Part shown: piece by piece, positions 52,037 through 62,178 of the stretch
Layout of the letters: the number at the start of each line of letters is the position of its first letter
How positions within the stretch are numbered: the stretch's first letter is position 1
NCBI GenBank assembly: GCA_050246315.1
Contig: JBFWWG010000010.1
Coordinates: 1 to 64,000 of the forward strand
Length of the DNA stretch: 64,000 bases
Reading direction: 5' to 3'
Origin: Nitrospiraceae bacterium
GTDB lineage: Bacteria; Nitrospirota; Nitrospiria; Nitrospirales; Nitrospiraceae
Made by a program: the position numbers and the translations under genes
Notes under the pieces: model-generated
The model's input: only the letters and a program-made list of their open reading frames with translations
Databases searched by the model: none
Told to the model about the DNA's origin: nothing

Positions 52037-52330
52037 CAGATCGACGTTTGCTCACTCGGGTCCGCACAGCGACGTGCGGAGACTCGGCTACAAGATTCTG
52101 GCCTATCCAGAAGATCCCGGTGGAATCATGATGAGCTCGCCGACATCCGCGAGCGTTCTACAGGGTTCGGGGAACCGATAATGAAGCCGGAACGGGGGAC
52201 GAGCAGTTCAAGCTCCAGTCCGATCCTCCGCTACGCGAAACTGGCGAGGATAAAGATGCCCGCCAAGAGGCTGTTCACGACAGGCGCGTGCCGGAGAATC
52301 GCAGGACAGGCCATGGATCGCAGGCCGAGT

Positions 52331-53340
52331 TCAATTGGCGACTTCGTCGATGATTGTGGATCGGATGAGTGCTCTCCACTGCTCGGTGGCGGACTCCTTG
52401 GTCAAGGAGCCCGTGGTGGCGGTCACCCTCGTGACCTGTTCGGTTTCTCAATCGTTGCGGACGGGCACGCCGAGGACCAACGACCTGATATTGGCCCGGT
52501 TGATCACGCGCGTGGCATCGATGCTGTCCATGCAAGGCATACTCACATCCATGACAACCACATCCGGCGACAGGCTGTGCGCCAGTTCGATCGCTTCGAT
52601 GCCGTTGCCGGCTTCGCTGAAGATGCAGACATCCTCGTACCCTTCTAACCCGCATTATTCATGACCGCTGCTACTGCAACCGCCGATACGCCGCTGCGAC
52701 AGGCTTGGCTGCCGGTCTCCCGCACCCAAGCGGGCAGGCTCGCCGCTCGGTCGGTCGACATACGGTTTCAAGTATGCCTTCCTTCCTCGCGGCCCCGCGT
52801 GCCCGTCTCGCGTAGCGTCTTGGCGGTTTCGTCACGAACCGTCATGAATAATGCGGGCTAACCTGCTCCGCAGCCCATGCCACACCATCGCATGGTCATC
52901 GACCAGCGGGACGCGAATCACCTTGCTCTTGTAGGAACCGCGAGGTACGGGGCCCTGGTGAAGCGTCTCATGAGACGCCGAAGGGTGAGCCGATTTCGCG
53001 ACCGGCATCCTCTGTTCTTGGGACACCACAGTGGCCGCGTGTTCGGAGTGACACACGTCACGCCCCTTCCCTACCCAGTATTGGAATCGATCACCGACGT
53101 GCCACCCATGCCCGTCATCCACTCGCCAATACTGCAGGGTCCGAACCGTAACGGCATCGTCCCGTAGATAGCCCGCTCAGTGAACTCTTCCACCCGTCCC
53201 TGGTCGATCTCGGCGATATACAACCGTTGTTGCGATCGCGTCAACTCCTCGGTCCTCTCCGTGACCCGAATTTCCAACCCTTCCGTCAATTGCTGCAATG
53301 ATGCTTCGGCCCGTTTCCGCTCGGTGATGCACGCATCATG
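52331..53340 (-). pseudogene. Collapsed sensor kinase/NarL-type receiver pseudogene, split by a MITE
   Basis: PAC-coiled-coil remnant ITERKRAEASLQQL...RVTERTEEL; receiver IRVPLVDDHAMV...GLRSRL|EGYEDV...EAGNGIEAIELA...PDVVVMDVSMP; internal TGA at 52448-52450. Confidence 0.75.
52649..52857 (+). mobile_element. MITE-like non-autonomous element, copy 2 (209 bp)
   Basis: Perfect 17-bp TIRs CCCGCATTATTCATGAC / GTCATGAATAATGCGGG; CTAA duplicated at 52645-52648 and 52858-52861; removing it restores the receiver-domain frame. Confidence 0.92.
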
Positions 53341-53360
53341 ACCATTCAGCAGCGGCGTCT

Positions 53361-54080
53361 TCACCAATCCGCGCCGAGCCGATCGACCACGATCTGATGG
53401 ACAACGGCAAAGGGCCCCAACGTTGCCAAATACAGTGCAGTTTCCGCAATATCGTAGGGACTGATTCGCTCACTGCGCAGAATTTCTGCCGGCCTGGCAT
53501 CCACCAACTCGTCGGCTACCCCACCGGGGCAAATGGCGCTCACCTTGATGCGATGGGGCCGTCCTTCATCGGCCAGCGCTTTTGTCAAAGCCATTATCGC
53601 GTGCTTCGATGCGCTGTAGGTCCCTGTGCCTGTCCAGGCCTGGATCCCCGCCACGCTCGACATATTGATGATCAACCCGCCGCCTTGCCGTTTCATCTGG
53701 TTGAACCCCGCTCGGCAGCAGAAGAACGTTCCCCGCACGTTCGTCCTCATCACTTCGTCGAACGCCTCGGTCGTCGTATCGGCAACTCGGCCACCCCCGA
53801 AGATGCCGGCATTGTTCACAAGAATATCGAGGCGCCCGAACTGCCGCACGGTTTCCTGGACCAACGCCTCAACTTGGTCCACGTCCGTCACGTCGGTGGA
53901 AATGGCAATGGCCTGGCCCTCGTGCGCGCAAATTTGGTCCGCCGTGCGTCGACATAAATCTCCCCGTCGCGCCGCCACCACCACCTTGGCACCCTCCTCG
54001 CCGAACCGAAGCGCAATGGCCTTGCCGATGCCGCTGCTGCTCCCGGTGACGATCGCAACACGGTTGTGGAGGCGCGGCAT
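53361..54080 (-). CDS. SDR-family oxidoreductase
   Basis: VTGSSSGIG, LVNNAG, YSASK, ICPG. Confidence 0.9.
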   Translation of the reverse strand: MPRLHNRVAIVTGSSSGIGKAIALRFGEEGAKVVVAARRGDLCRRTADQICAHEGQAIAISTDVTDVDQVEALVQETVRQFGRLDILVNNAGIFGGGRVADTTTEAFDEVMRTNVRGTFFCCRAGFNQMKRQGGGLIINMSSVAGIQAWTGTGTYSASKHAIMALTKALADEGRPHRIKVSAICPGGVADELVDARPAEILRSERISPYDIAETALYLATLGPFAVVHQIVVDRLGADW

Positions 54081-54167
54081 GGGTTCGTGCTTCATTCCTG
54101 GGTACCGCGGTGAGCGTTTCTGATGACGGACAGCGGCGCCGTCATGTAGTCGAGGGACTAGCAGGGA

Positions 54168-54196
54168 AGGGTACTGACGTACCGGCGAGGTGTCAA
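54168..54196 (-). promoter_or_regulatory. Sigma70-like promoter for the SDR gene
   Basis: Minus strand TTGACA-N17-TACCCT. Confidence 0.45.
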
Positions 54197-54292
54197 TCAG
54201 CCCGCCGGACGACATGTGCCGAGTCTGGGCGCTGAGTCAGCAGACGGATGCCCGGTCGATCGAACGGTAAGCCATGGGACGGATACGCACCA

Positions 54293-55198
54293 TCACACGG
54301 AGGATAGGACCGGCGGCGTCTGGCGGTCCGCTCGCTTCCAGATCGTCAAGATCGCTGGCTGGCTTCGGGCCTTGAGCGGCTCTCGATGCAGATACTGTCC
54401 AAGACAGTGTAGACCGGCTCGTATCGCCCCTTGCCGGGCGACCTGCATCTCATCGGCACTACAGTTCACCATCACGAAGGTGCCGTCGGTCGCCAAATTC
54501 CTGAACACCTGCTCGAAGAGTTTCGCCGGCTCGAACAATGCCAGAGGCAATCGCCAGGCCAGCAGCCGCTTCGGCGTCACGAAGGGATACCAAGCCAGGA
54601 TGACATCCGCCGTGAAACGAAGGGCACGATAGTCCGCGACGAGATATTCAGTGTGAGGTAAGTCCTTGGCGTAGCCTCTGGCCAGATCAAGCCGACTCCT
54701 CCAATGATGGTACAGCCGATAGGCGTCAATCTCGACTCCGACTAATCGTCTTGGCTTGAAAAAGGCTTGGAGTGACGGCGCGTAGGAAAAGGTCGCCGAC
54801 CCTAAATCATAGACGGTATTTCCTTGTGGGACTCTCCAATCCAATTCCTCACGCGCCCGATCCAGCACATCCAAATAGGCGTAGTTCCGGACTGCGGTGT
54901 CCTTTTGGTAACGGTGCTCAAAGCGAACGTGGTAGCGGGCGATCAGGCTGATCACGCGTCTGCGCTGGATGGGCGAAAGTTCGGGAAGGTTCTCCGCCGG
55001 TGTTTCGCGAACCGCACCTCGTGACCAACCGATGATTCGGCTCAGCTCGTACCGGACGCGATAGTTGAGCGAACGAACCCGGTCGCCGACCGAAATGCGC
55101 GCGCGATCTATGGTCTGCGGCTCCGGTTCGGATAACGACGGAGTTGCGGCCCTCGTGTTCGAAAAGAGATCAGGCGCTTCACTGGATTCGTGATACAT
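54293..55198 (-). CDS. Hypothetical protein with SAM-methyltransferase-like fold
   Basis: VYDLGSA, LVGVEID, VADY, DVILAWYPFV; start uncertain. Confidence 0.6.
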   Translation of the reverse strand: MYHESSEAPDLFSNTRAATPSLSEPEPQTIDRARISVGDRVRSLNYRVRYELSRIIGWSRGAVRETPAENLPELSPIQRRRVISLIARYHVRFEHRYQKDTAVRNYAYLDVLDRAREELDWRVPQGNTVYDLGSATFSYAPSLQAFFKPRRLVGVEIDAYRLYHHWRSRLDLARGYAKDLPHTEYLVADYRALRFTADVILAWYPFVTPKRLLAWRLPLALFEPAKLFEQVFRNLATDGTFVMVNCSADEMQVARQGAIRAGLHCLGQYLHREPLKARSQPAILTIWKRADRQTPPVLSSV

Positions 55199-55365
55199 AG
55201 ACCGACGCCTGTCCGGGTCTCGGGCCGAGGAGTTGGAGCTTCGGTTTCGACAGGCTGATTGTCTCGCGAGCACGACGCCGTGGCAAGCTGACTCGCACTT
55301 TCTGCAGGCCCGTTGATTCGAGGCACGATCCGCCGAACCGCGGAAGGGAGGCGCCCAGGAGACGT

Positions 55366-56214
55366 TTACTTGGTGGCAGGAGAAGGAGTCAGGGTCAAGG
55401 TCATGGTCGTCTGATGTCCGGCCGTAAGGGTGACGGTTCCCTCCTGATATCCCAACACAGGATGCCAGGCGCCGATTGTGTGCGTACCGGGAGGGATATC
55501 CGTCAATTCGAATCGTCCTTGATCGTCGGTGACGGTAGCATAGGGGTTGGCGGTGATCAACACCCACCCTTCCATGAACCGATGCTGATCGCAGCTCAAC
55601 TGAAGGATGCTGCTTCGCTTGATGTGCAGAGGAAAGCTCTGTTCCGAGCCGGGATTCAATCCGTTTGAGAAAAACGATGGGATGCGGCTCTTGTCCACCA
55701 TCTCCCATCCGCGAATTTGGTGCACGATCGTATCCTTCATCATCACTCCTAACAGTTGTCCGATGGTTCCCGTCACAACCCTCGGACCAAAGCGGCACTG
55801 CTCCACCGTGACCAGCGGCCCCGCCTTAGGCACCGGCTTGCCCTTTTCCACCTCCTGCAGAAACACGACCACGTCCGCCAGTTCCTGCGCCGCCGAAACT
55901 CGGGCCTGCGGGGTCACAATGTTTCCTTCGGCATCGGCCAGGGTGCGGCAATACTCGGGATTCGCCCCCATCGTCACCTTGTACCGTTGAGGCGGTGGGA
56001 TAGTCCCGCTGAATTTCACCACTCCGACGATCGAGGCCGGACGTGCGATACTGGTCTCCTCGTAGGCGCTGACCGGACCGTCAAGTGCCAATATCACAAG
56101 CAGCGCCACGCCGATTCCAATCCAGGCTTGTACCTCGCGCGGCTCCCTGTAGCCGCGCCTTACCGTATGTCCCCATCGCTCACGGCACCACCATGTCATG
56201 CTGTTGAGAAGCAT
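55366..56214 (-). CDS. Secreted carboxypeptidase-regulatory-like/cupredoxin-like protein
   Basis: Signal/TM segment; CRFGP; LSCDQHRFMEGW; TDDQGRFELTDIPPGTHTIGAWHP. Confidence 0.75.
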   Translation of the reverse strand: MLLNSMTWWCRERWGHTVRRGYREPREVQAWIGIGVALLVILALDGPVSAYEETSIARPASIVGVVKFSGTIPPPQRYKVTMGANPEYCRTLADAEGNIVTPQARVSAAQELADVVVFLQEVEKGKPVPKAGPLVTVEQCRFGPRVVTGTIGQLLGVMMKDTIVHQIRGWEMVDKSRIPSFFSNGLNPGSEQSFPLHIKRSSILQLSCDQHRFMEGWVLITANPYATVTDDQGRFELTDIPPGTHTIGAWHPVLGYQEGTVTLTAGHQTTMTLTLTPSPATK

Positions 56215-56420
56215 CGGTTTGCTTATCCTCTTCCGTTCAGTCCAGTAGAGACTGTGCAGGACGGCCAGACAGAACCCCCGTCAGGTGTCGCTCACCGATG
56301 AAATACGAGACAGGGTGCGATGACCATCCTCGACAGAATCTACTTGATCTGCCTGCTCCTCTCCCTATACTGTCCCCCGATCCGACAAGAACTCCTCATC
56401 ACCGCATGCACAACCGATCC

Positions 56421-57428
56421 ATGAAGAGAGGCGGGCCTTGGCTGAGTCGCGGGCCATTGATCCTGTTGGAGCTTTTGTATTCGCCGTGGTTGGGAGTTGC
56501 TGCCTTCCTGCTCTGGGCGGAACTCGCAGCCGCCTTCACCCCGGTGATCGAGGTATCGTTGGATCGCGACGGGACTAAAGGCTCGCTGGGTCCGGGAGAA
56601 CACGCTCAGCTCGTCCTCTCCGTCGATTCACCTCCCCGCCTCCATGAGGAGGATGTGGTCGCTATCCTGGAAAGTCCCTTCCTCGCTACACGACTGTTGC
56701 CACTGACGTTTGACCAGGGCACCCGCACCCTGATCGGAAACGTGGAGGTCGAGGCCCCGATGCTCAGTGCGGGTGGAGCGCTTCCGAAGGCCATGCCCGT
56801 GAAGCTGGTCGTGGCCTCCCGGCGAGGTACCAGATTGACTCCTTTGGCCCATCGTTTGCTTTATATCACAACACAACCACCTGGGGCCGCTCTCCGTGGG
56901 AGCCCTGAGGCCGGTTCCGCGCAGAAGGCCACGTCCGGCCCGTCTGCCCCAAACGGCGAGGTACAACCTGGTGTTGCCCCGCTTCCCTTCGCGAGGTCCG
57001 AGGGTGCGGTGCAGGAGCAGTCCCTGCTTCCGGAGACCGCCTCTATGCTGAGTCCGAGTTATTGGAGCACGGTCAAGGGTCGTATCGTTCAGAGTGTCCG
57101 CGAACATCTTCCATCTCGGATTCAAACAGGCTCTGCACAGGCGGTGACCGTACATTTTCGTCTCTATGCCAATGGGGACGCTCAACTCATCCAGGTTGAA
57201 CAGAGTTCCGGCAATGCGGCCGTTGATGAGGCGACCATGAAGGCGGTCGTAGAGGCACACCCCTTTCCCCCGTTTCCATCGGAGATCGTGGATCCGCACC
57301 TTGAGGTCCACATAGCGGTTCCGCATACTCGGAGTCATCCTCGTACTCGGATTGACCGGGCCGGCAGTTCCGCTTCTATCCCCCCCGCACCTTCCTCAAG
57401 TCCTGATCGCAACCAGATGTCCAACTGA
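56421..57428 (+). CDS. TonB/TolA C-terminal domain protein
   Basis: YWSTVKGRI...VTVHFRL...SSGNAAVDEATMKAV...PFPPFP. Confidence 0.75.
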   Translation: MKRGGPWLSRGPLILLELLYSPWLGVAAFLLWAELAAAFTPVIEVSLDRDGTKGSLGPGEHAQLVLSVDSPPRLHEEDVVAILESPFLATRLLPLTFDQGTRTLIGNVEVEAPMLSAGGALPKAMPVKLVVASRRGTRLTPLAHRLLYITTQPPGAALRGSPEAGSAQKATSGPSAPNGEVQPGVAPLPFARSEGAVQEQSLLPETASMLSPSYWSTVKGRIVQSVREHLPSRIQTGSAQAVTVHFRLYANGDAQLIQVEQSSGNAAVDEATMKAVVEAHPFPPFPSEIVDPHLEVHIAVPHTRSHPRTRIDRAGSSASIPPAPSSSPDRNQMSN

Positions 57429-57536
57429 CCCGCATCCGGTTCAATTCGACAAGCGGCGGGCGTTCCCTTGGTGAATCGTTCGCCGTTTTCGAGGCGACTT
57501 CCCTACGATAGAGATGGAATCCTCTCGAGTACGTGG

Positions 57537-57782
57537 CTAAGACCGTCGTCGCCCGAAGAGCATGCTCAACGCAGTCCCTAGCGTTAGCCCGGCTAGCACC
57601 AAGACAAGGGCTTCACCGTGAGACCATCCCTTGAGACCGGACTCGTGCCCCGACCGGCTGTACCCGGGCCCCACCATGGCTTCTCCGCCCAGCCACTCAT
57701 CGGAGCTGATCGATCCGAATCCAGCGGAACTGGCGATATCCGGCAGAGCTTCGACACGATGGGTGTCCCTTGGATCGTTCAT
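57537..57782 (-). CDS. Small hypothetical protein with C-terminal TM segment
   Basis: Start overlaps the upstream stop; hydrophobic C-terminus followed by RRRS. Confidence 0.5.
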   Translation of the reverse strand: MNDPRDTHRVEALPDIASSAGFGSISSDEWLGGEAMVGPGYSRSGHESGLKGWSHGEALVLVLAGLTLGTALSMLFGRRRS

Positions 57783-59155
57783 TATCCCGAATCCCTGTCG
57801 AAGTGCGACGCGCCGGAGCCCATCCGTTTATAAATAACCTTTCTCCCGATCAGCATCAACCCAAACGACGTGGCGAACGCTATCGGGACGAAAATGGCCG
57901 AAGCTAACGTGGCATTTCCCAGCCATCCTATCTCGTGTAATGCCTTGAACATATAGTTCCCAAGTCCGCTGAGATAATACGTGATGACGATGACCGAGAG
58001 ACTTTCGACCGTATGTTGCAGGATGGCCTGACTACGCGTGGTCTTATCCACGCTTGCGAGTAACTTGAGATTCTGATCCTGAGCTTCTAGATTCTGTTCT
58101 TGCAGTCGTAGCTCAATTTGTGTCCGGATCACGGCGACCGTGGCCTCGAAATCCGCCTGCATGGCATCAATCCGCCGCAGGAGCTGTTGGTAGCCGTCTG
58201 CGACGCCGGTAATCCGCCAGCGAATGTACTCCGAGATCGGTCGAATCGACGGCACCGGCTGTTCCTGCAAGGCCTCAAGATTTCCACGGACAATTTTATC
58301 GTAGGGGAATGCTCCTGACAGTCGATACCGCATAGATTCGGCGAGTCGACTGACCTGGAGCAGGTCCTGCGTCAGCGCATTCAGCCATTTCTGAAGCGAG
58401 GCCGGCGTGGCCGTTCCCATCTGTTCCATGACTACGGCGCGCTGGTAGAGGTGGCGTTGCTCGTAGTCGTGAATCTGATCGACCGCCCGTGAAAAAGCCT
58501 GCATCGGCAACATCACTAAGTGGTAGTAATTCTCGATGGCGACAATGGTGTCTACCAATTTGGCCGCGTATTGCTTGAGCGTCTCTCCGGAGCGCCCACT
58601 GACATGGTAGCGCTCCCGCGTATCCTCATCCGGCGTGAAGCTGGTCGCCACCACAATGTCCTCGCCGAACACCCGGCTGGCGTAGAGGTGCGGTCCAGGC
58701 ATCATCGGCTTCAAGGATTCTGCGGTGACCGATCCCTCGACCTGAAGGAGGATATCGAGCGCGTTGACGCGAATTCCGAGCGGACAGACGGGGAAGACAT
58801 ATCCCGGATAGGTGATTGGACCGAAAGTGAGCGGCTTGCTCTTGTCAGCCGAAAGGTGCCAAGTCTGATAACTGTAGTACTCCGTGTGCGCCTCCCACGC
58901 AACGATTAGGCGGTCGCCGTGCTCGGTCAGTTTGGCGCCAAATCCAAGACGTTCCCCTACATCCGCCTGATCCGGTGGAATGTCGAGGCAGTCGAGAATG
59001 TTCAGGAACTCTTGCCGACTCTGCGGACGATCCACGGGAGGATTGGCCATTCGGTGAGCCACATGGTGGACATGCGCCGGAACCTCCAGCGAGTTGGGCA
59101 GGAAGTGCTTGATCGGCTGATGGATGCGTCGAAGAAAAGGCTGCCCGCTATTCAC
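57782..59155 (-). CDS. DUF3422-like membrane-anchored protein
   Basis: WEAHTEYYSY, IENYYHL, LQHTVESLSVIVITYY; two C-terminal TM segments. Confidence 0.75.
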   Translation of the reverse strand: MNSGQPFLRRIHQPIKHFLPNSLEVPAHVHHVAHRMANPPVDRPQSRQEFLNILDCLDIPPDQADVGERLGFGAKLTEHGDRLIVAWEAHTEYYSYQTWHLSADKSKPLTFGPITYPGYVFPVCPLGIRVNALDILLQVEGSVTAESLKPMMPGPHLYASRVFGEDIVVATSFTPDEDTRERYHVSGRSGETLKQYAAKLVDTIVAIENYYHLVMLPMQAFSRAVDQIHDYEQRHLYQRAVVMEQMGTATPASLQKWLNALTQDLLQVSRLAESMRYRLSGAFPYDKIVRGNLEALQEQPVPSIRPISEYIRWRITGVADGYQQLLRRIDAMQADFEATVAVIRTQIELRLQEQNLEAQDQNLKLLASVDKTTRSQAILQHTVESLSVIVITYYLSGLGNYMFKALHEIGWLGNATLASAIFVPIAFATSFGLMLIGRKVIYKRMGSGASHFDRDSG

Positions 59156-59346
59156 CCGATCGCCTCCTTGGCCAACTCACATGTCCGTCCTGCCTCAGTA
59201 GCGACATCCGCTCGTACCGGATTCACCATGCCCATCAACCGACGCTGCAGAGGCGAGGCCATGAATGGGTGACACCCATGGGCGAGCACGGCGCAAACAA
59301 GGTCGTGACGGCGGAGGAGGCGTTGGCGCAGCACGGCTGGCTCCAC
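59152..59346 (-). CDS. Small hypothetical protein (64 aa)
   Basis: Overlaps the upstream stop (TAGTG) and the downstream start (GTGA); no recognisable motif. Confidence 0.35.
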   Translation of the reverse strand: MEPAVLRQRLLRRHDLVCAVLAHGCHPFMASPLQRRLMGMVNPVRADVATEAGRTCELAKEAIG

Positions 59347-59522
59347 TATTCCTCGTCTGTTTCCTCTTCCTCTTCGATATCCTCAATTCCCTCGTAGCTC
59401 GCCTCGCTCAACGAAAAGGAGGCGGCGGCTTTCTCACTCATGGAATCCACGAACTCCTCGGCCTCTTCAGGTGAATCGGCACTCACGATAAATTTGACAA
59501 TAACTCCATAACGTTGGCTCAC
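59346..59522 (-). CDS. Small acidic protein (58 aa; below the ORF-track cutoff)
   Basis: AGGAG RBS then GTG: MSQRYGVIVKFIVSADSPEEAEEFVDSMSEKAAASFSLSEASYEGIEDIEEEEETDEE*. Confidence 0.7.
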   Translation of the reverse strand: MSQRYGVIVKFIVSADSPEEAEEFVDSMSEKAAASFSLSEASYEGIEDIEEEEETDEE

Positions 59523-59903
59523 CGGACACTCCTTTGTGACAACAGAGGCCTTCGATCAGCATGGCCCAACGACTCCGCTCTTCGCGGTTTCACAGTCCCA
59601 CCGTATTGAGCGTTCTCAGTTGGAGGAGGGGCGCATCATACAACAGACTATCCGCCGCCGTCATCCATCTCCCTCGACCCGATCGAGACAAACCGACTTC
59701 TCCATCTGTGCGCCGTCGGCCACCGGCCGGTCGCCGCACCAGAGCGCCCAGCGCAATGCATTTCGCCGTCGTCAGCGATTGAGAACCAGTTCACGGGAGT
59801 GTGGAGCCGGTCGTTCCGTGAAAGATTAGAGGAGGTCAGGGCAGGGCGACCCGCCGGCTCGATCATCAAATGATCCAGCCGGCAAGGTCGCGGCAAGGTG
59901 CGG

Positions 59904-60686
59904 TTACTTCATGCTCAAGAAGAAATGGCCGCGACGGTTTTGTTGATAGCATGATTCATTGTGCTCCGAGCAGAACGGGCGGTTCTTTCCAAACGAGAGG
60001 ATGGAGACTTGCGTAGGGTTCACTCCCAGATCACTCAGCACCCGCTTGACGGCCTTCGCCCGCTTCTCCCCGAGCACCACGTTGTAATCGTTTGTACCGC
60101 GCTCATCACAATGGCCGGATATGCGAACCTGGGCGCGTGGGTTACGTTTGATCCAGTCGGCATTGGCTGACAACCCCATCATCGTCTCATTGGAAATGCT
60201 CCAGAGATCGAAGCCGAAGAAGGCATCTCTCAACCCAGCCTCGATGGCGGCCTCCTCCTCTCGGCGAAGTTCGGCCAATCGCCGATCAGATTGTTCTCCA
60301 GCCGTCGTGAGCATGCGGGAAGAAATCGCGCCTTCCCTCACGCGCTCCTCTGAGAGCTCCTGGCCTGGACCCAGTCGATCCAATCCACGCAATATTCCTC
60401 CGTCCACTGTTTCAGGGGACACGCCCGGACCCACCATTGATAAGACAGGCGTGTCATGCTTGAAGCCATCGCCGGTAACCATCTCGCGTGACGATCCTCC
60501 ATCGTCGCTGGCTGATCCGGTCGATTGGACACTTTCTCCTAGACCGGTGATTTGGGTCGGACGATCGTGCTGAGCGTACTCAGCATCCGAACTGGACGAA
60601 AACCATTTCCCACCGCTGCACCCGGGCAAAATAAGCAGGCACATCCCCGCATAGATGGCCATGTCTCTCGAAACTTTACGTGCCAT
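59904..60686 (-). CDS. OmpA/Pal-family peptidoglycan-associated lipoprotein
   Basis: Lipobox LPGC; FFGFD, GHCDERGTNDYN..LGEKRA, SFGK.RP, NRRG. Confidence 0.88.
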   Translation of the reverse strand: MARKVSRDMAIYAGMCLLILPGCSGGKWFSSSSDAEYAQHDRPTQITGLGESVQSTGSASDDGGSSREMVTGDGFKHDTPVLSMVGPGVSPETVDGGILRGLDRLGPGQELSEERVREGAISSRMLTTAGEQSDRRLAELRREEEAAIEAGLRDAFFGFDLWSISNETMMGLSANADWIKRNPRAQVRISGHCDERGTNDYNVVLGEKRAKAVKRVLSDLGVNPTQVSILSFGKNRPFCSEHNESCYQQNRRGHFFLSMK

Positions 60687-61316
60687 GGAGCGCTCCTTAT
60701 GTGTGATGACAGCTACGGGCAGATCCGCCAGGGGAGCCCATTCGGATTCCCCAAGTGTAGCGCATCCACAAGAACAGGCGAGGCGATGTCGATCTGTACC
60801 CATTTGTGCCTACTTGCGTCATGAAAACAGTGCTCTGCTAGCGGTCGACTCTGGCGCGTCTGACCTTGATCTCTCATCTCCCTCTTTCACCATTGTGAGC
60901 TGGTTGAATGAGGATCGCTTCGGCTGTGACAATTGAAAGGATCAACTCATCGCTCCGTGCCTTCGGCACAGATCCCACGAGCTTGCCAAGACAAACTCCT
61001 CGCTAGGGAAGGTCTGAATAATTCCCAATCATAATTGGTCGACGCACAAAAGACGGAGAATCTGGCCGCTCGCGGTCTAGAATTTCGAATTGATCAGACC
61101 TTCCCTGGCGAATCTACAAGACACGGCGACAGTTGTGTAGCGTGTACTTGCGTATGACATCTGCTTACGAGTCGTTCGTGCGCAGCGTCGAGTCCGAGAG
61201 GACTTGGCGACAGGTTAATAGCGTAAGCTCCGCTCCGATCACAGGGCTCCTGCGGCGAGGTGGTCCCGAACGCCAACAAGGAGCAGCCAATCCTTCCGGA
61301 TTCCAACAGTCGGACA

Positions 61317-61617
61317 ATGCGAAAGATACTAAGACACTTGCAGGACCGAAGCGGGACATGGGGGCACGAGGATTGGAGGGAGATCGATTCGGGCCTCGTT
61401 CGGCTCGATCGAGATATGTTCGAATTGGTTAGTGAGAAATGTGTACGAATCGATAAAGTTGGGCAGCACTACCGACCTGACTGAGAGTGGAAACATCAAG
61501 CGGGCCTCACCGGAGAGGAGTCCGCTGGTGAGATCGTTGGTCAGATGGTGTATCGTTCGTCTGCCTCATAGCTGGGCAACCCCTCACCTTCGGATCGCCA
61601 GATCGTCAAGGTCGTAG
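61317..61617 (+). pseudogene. Frameshifted paralogue of the 62179-62454 wHTH-like protein
   Basis: MRKILRHLQDRSGTW...LVSEKCV...GQHYR(+1 at ~61476)LTESG aligns by eye with IRAILRRVQDENGPW...LVNLGYV...GMHFRLTEAG. Confidence 0.5.
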
Positions 61618-61719
61618 AAGCGATGTCATGGCTGGTGCAAATCTCGCTATTGTCGAACTTTCTAGCGGGTGGGCCCGCTCAATCAGCTTCTTTGAACGCC
61701 CGTCCTCTCGGAGAATCGC

Positions 61720-62103
61720 TTATAGCCTCGACGCCATGAGACAGGGCCAGTTCCTCAAACGGTGTTGGATCTCGGGTTGGGGATTCACCGCTTCGATCCC
61801 AAATTCATGCCCCCGATTCCATTGCACCAGTGCTTGGTGGATCTGGAGGGGATTTGGGTCCTCTGGCATCTGAATGCGCAAGCTAAGCCGCGCTCCTTGC
61901 CGAACAGGATAGGTCCCGACCAACCGCCACCCGCCCAACGAAAAATCAGTGACCGTCGCCTGGCCTGCACGGTCCTTGCCCCAATAGAAGGCTGGCACCT
62001 GGACCGAAAACCGCTGATACTCCCGTATGATGAACCGTGCGACCGTCTCTATCCCTCCCTTGTCTGGACTTCTGAGTCGAGCTGTCCTCCCTTGGCGACT
62101 CAT
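61720..62103 (-). CDS. PilZ-domain (c-di-GMP-binding) protein
   Basis: RxxxR (REYQR), DxSxxG (DFSLGG), VQW...FGI. Confidence 0.8.
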   Translation of the reverse strand: MSRQGRTARLRSPDKGGIETVARFIIREYQRFSVQVPAFYWGKDRAGQATVTDFSLGGWRLVGTYPVRQGARLSLRIQMPEDPNPLQIHQALVQWNRGHEFGIEAVNPQPEIQHRLRNWPCLMASRL

Positions 62104-62178
62104 GAGATAGCGGGATGGTTGCCTCCGACGCAGGCACAGGATTTGTCGTGGGAAGGAGATCGCCCGCACGACAGCCGA

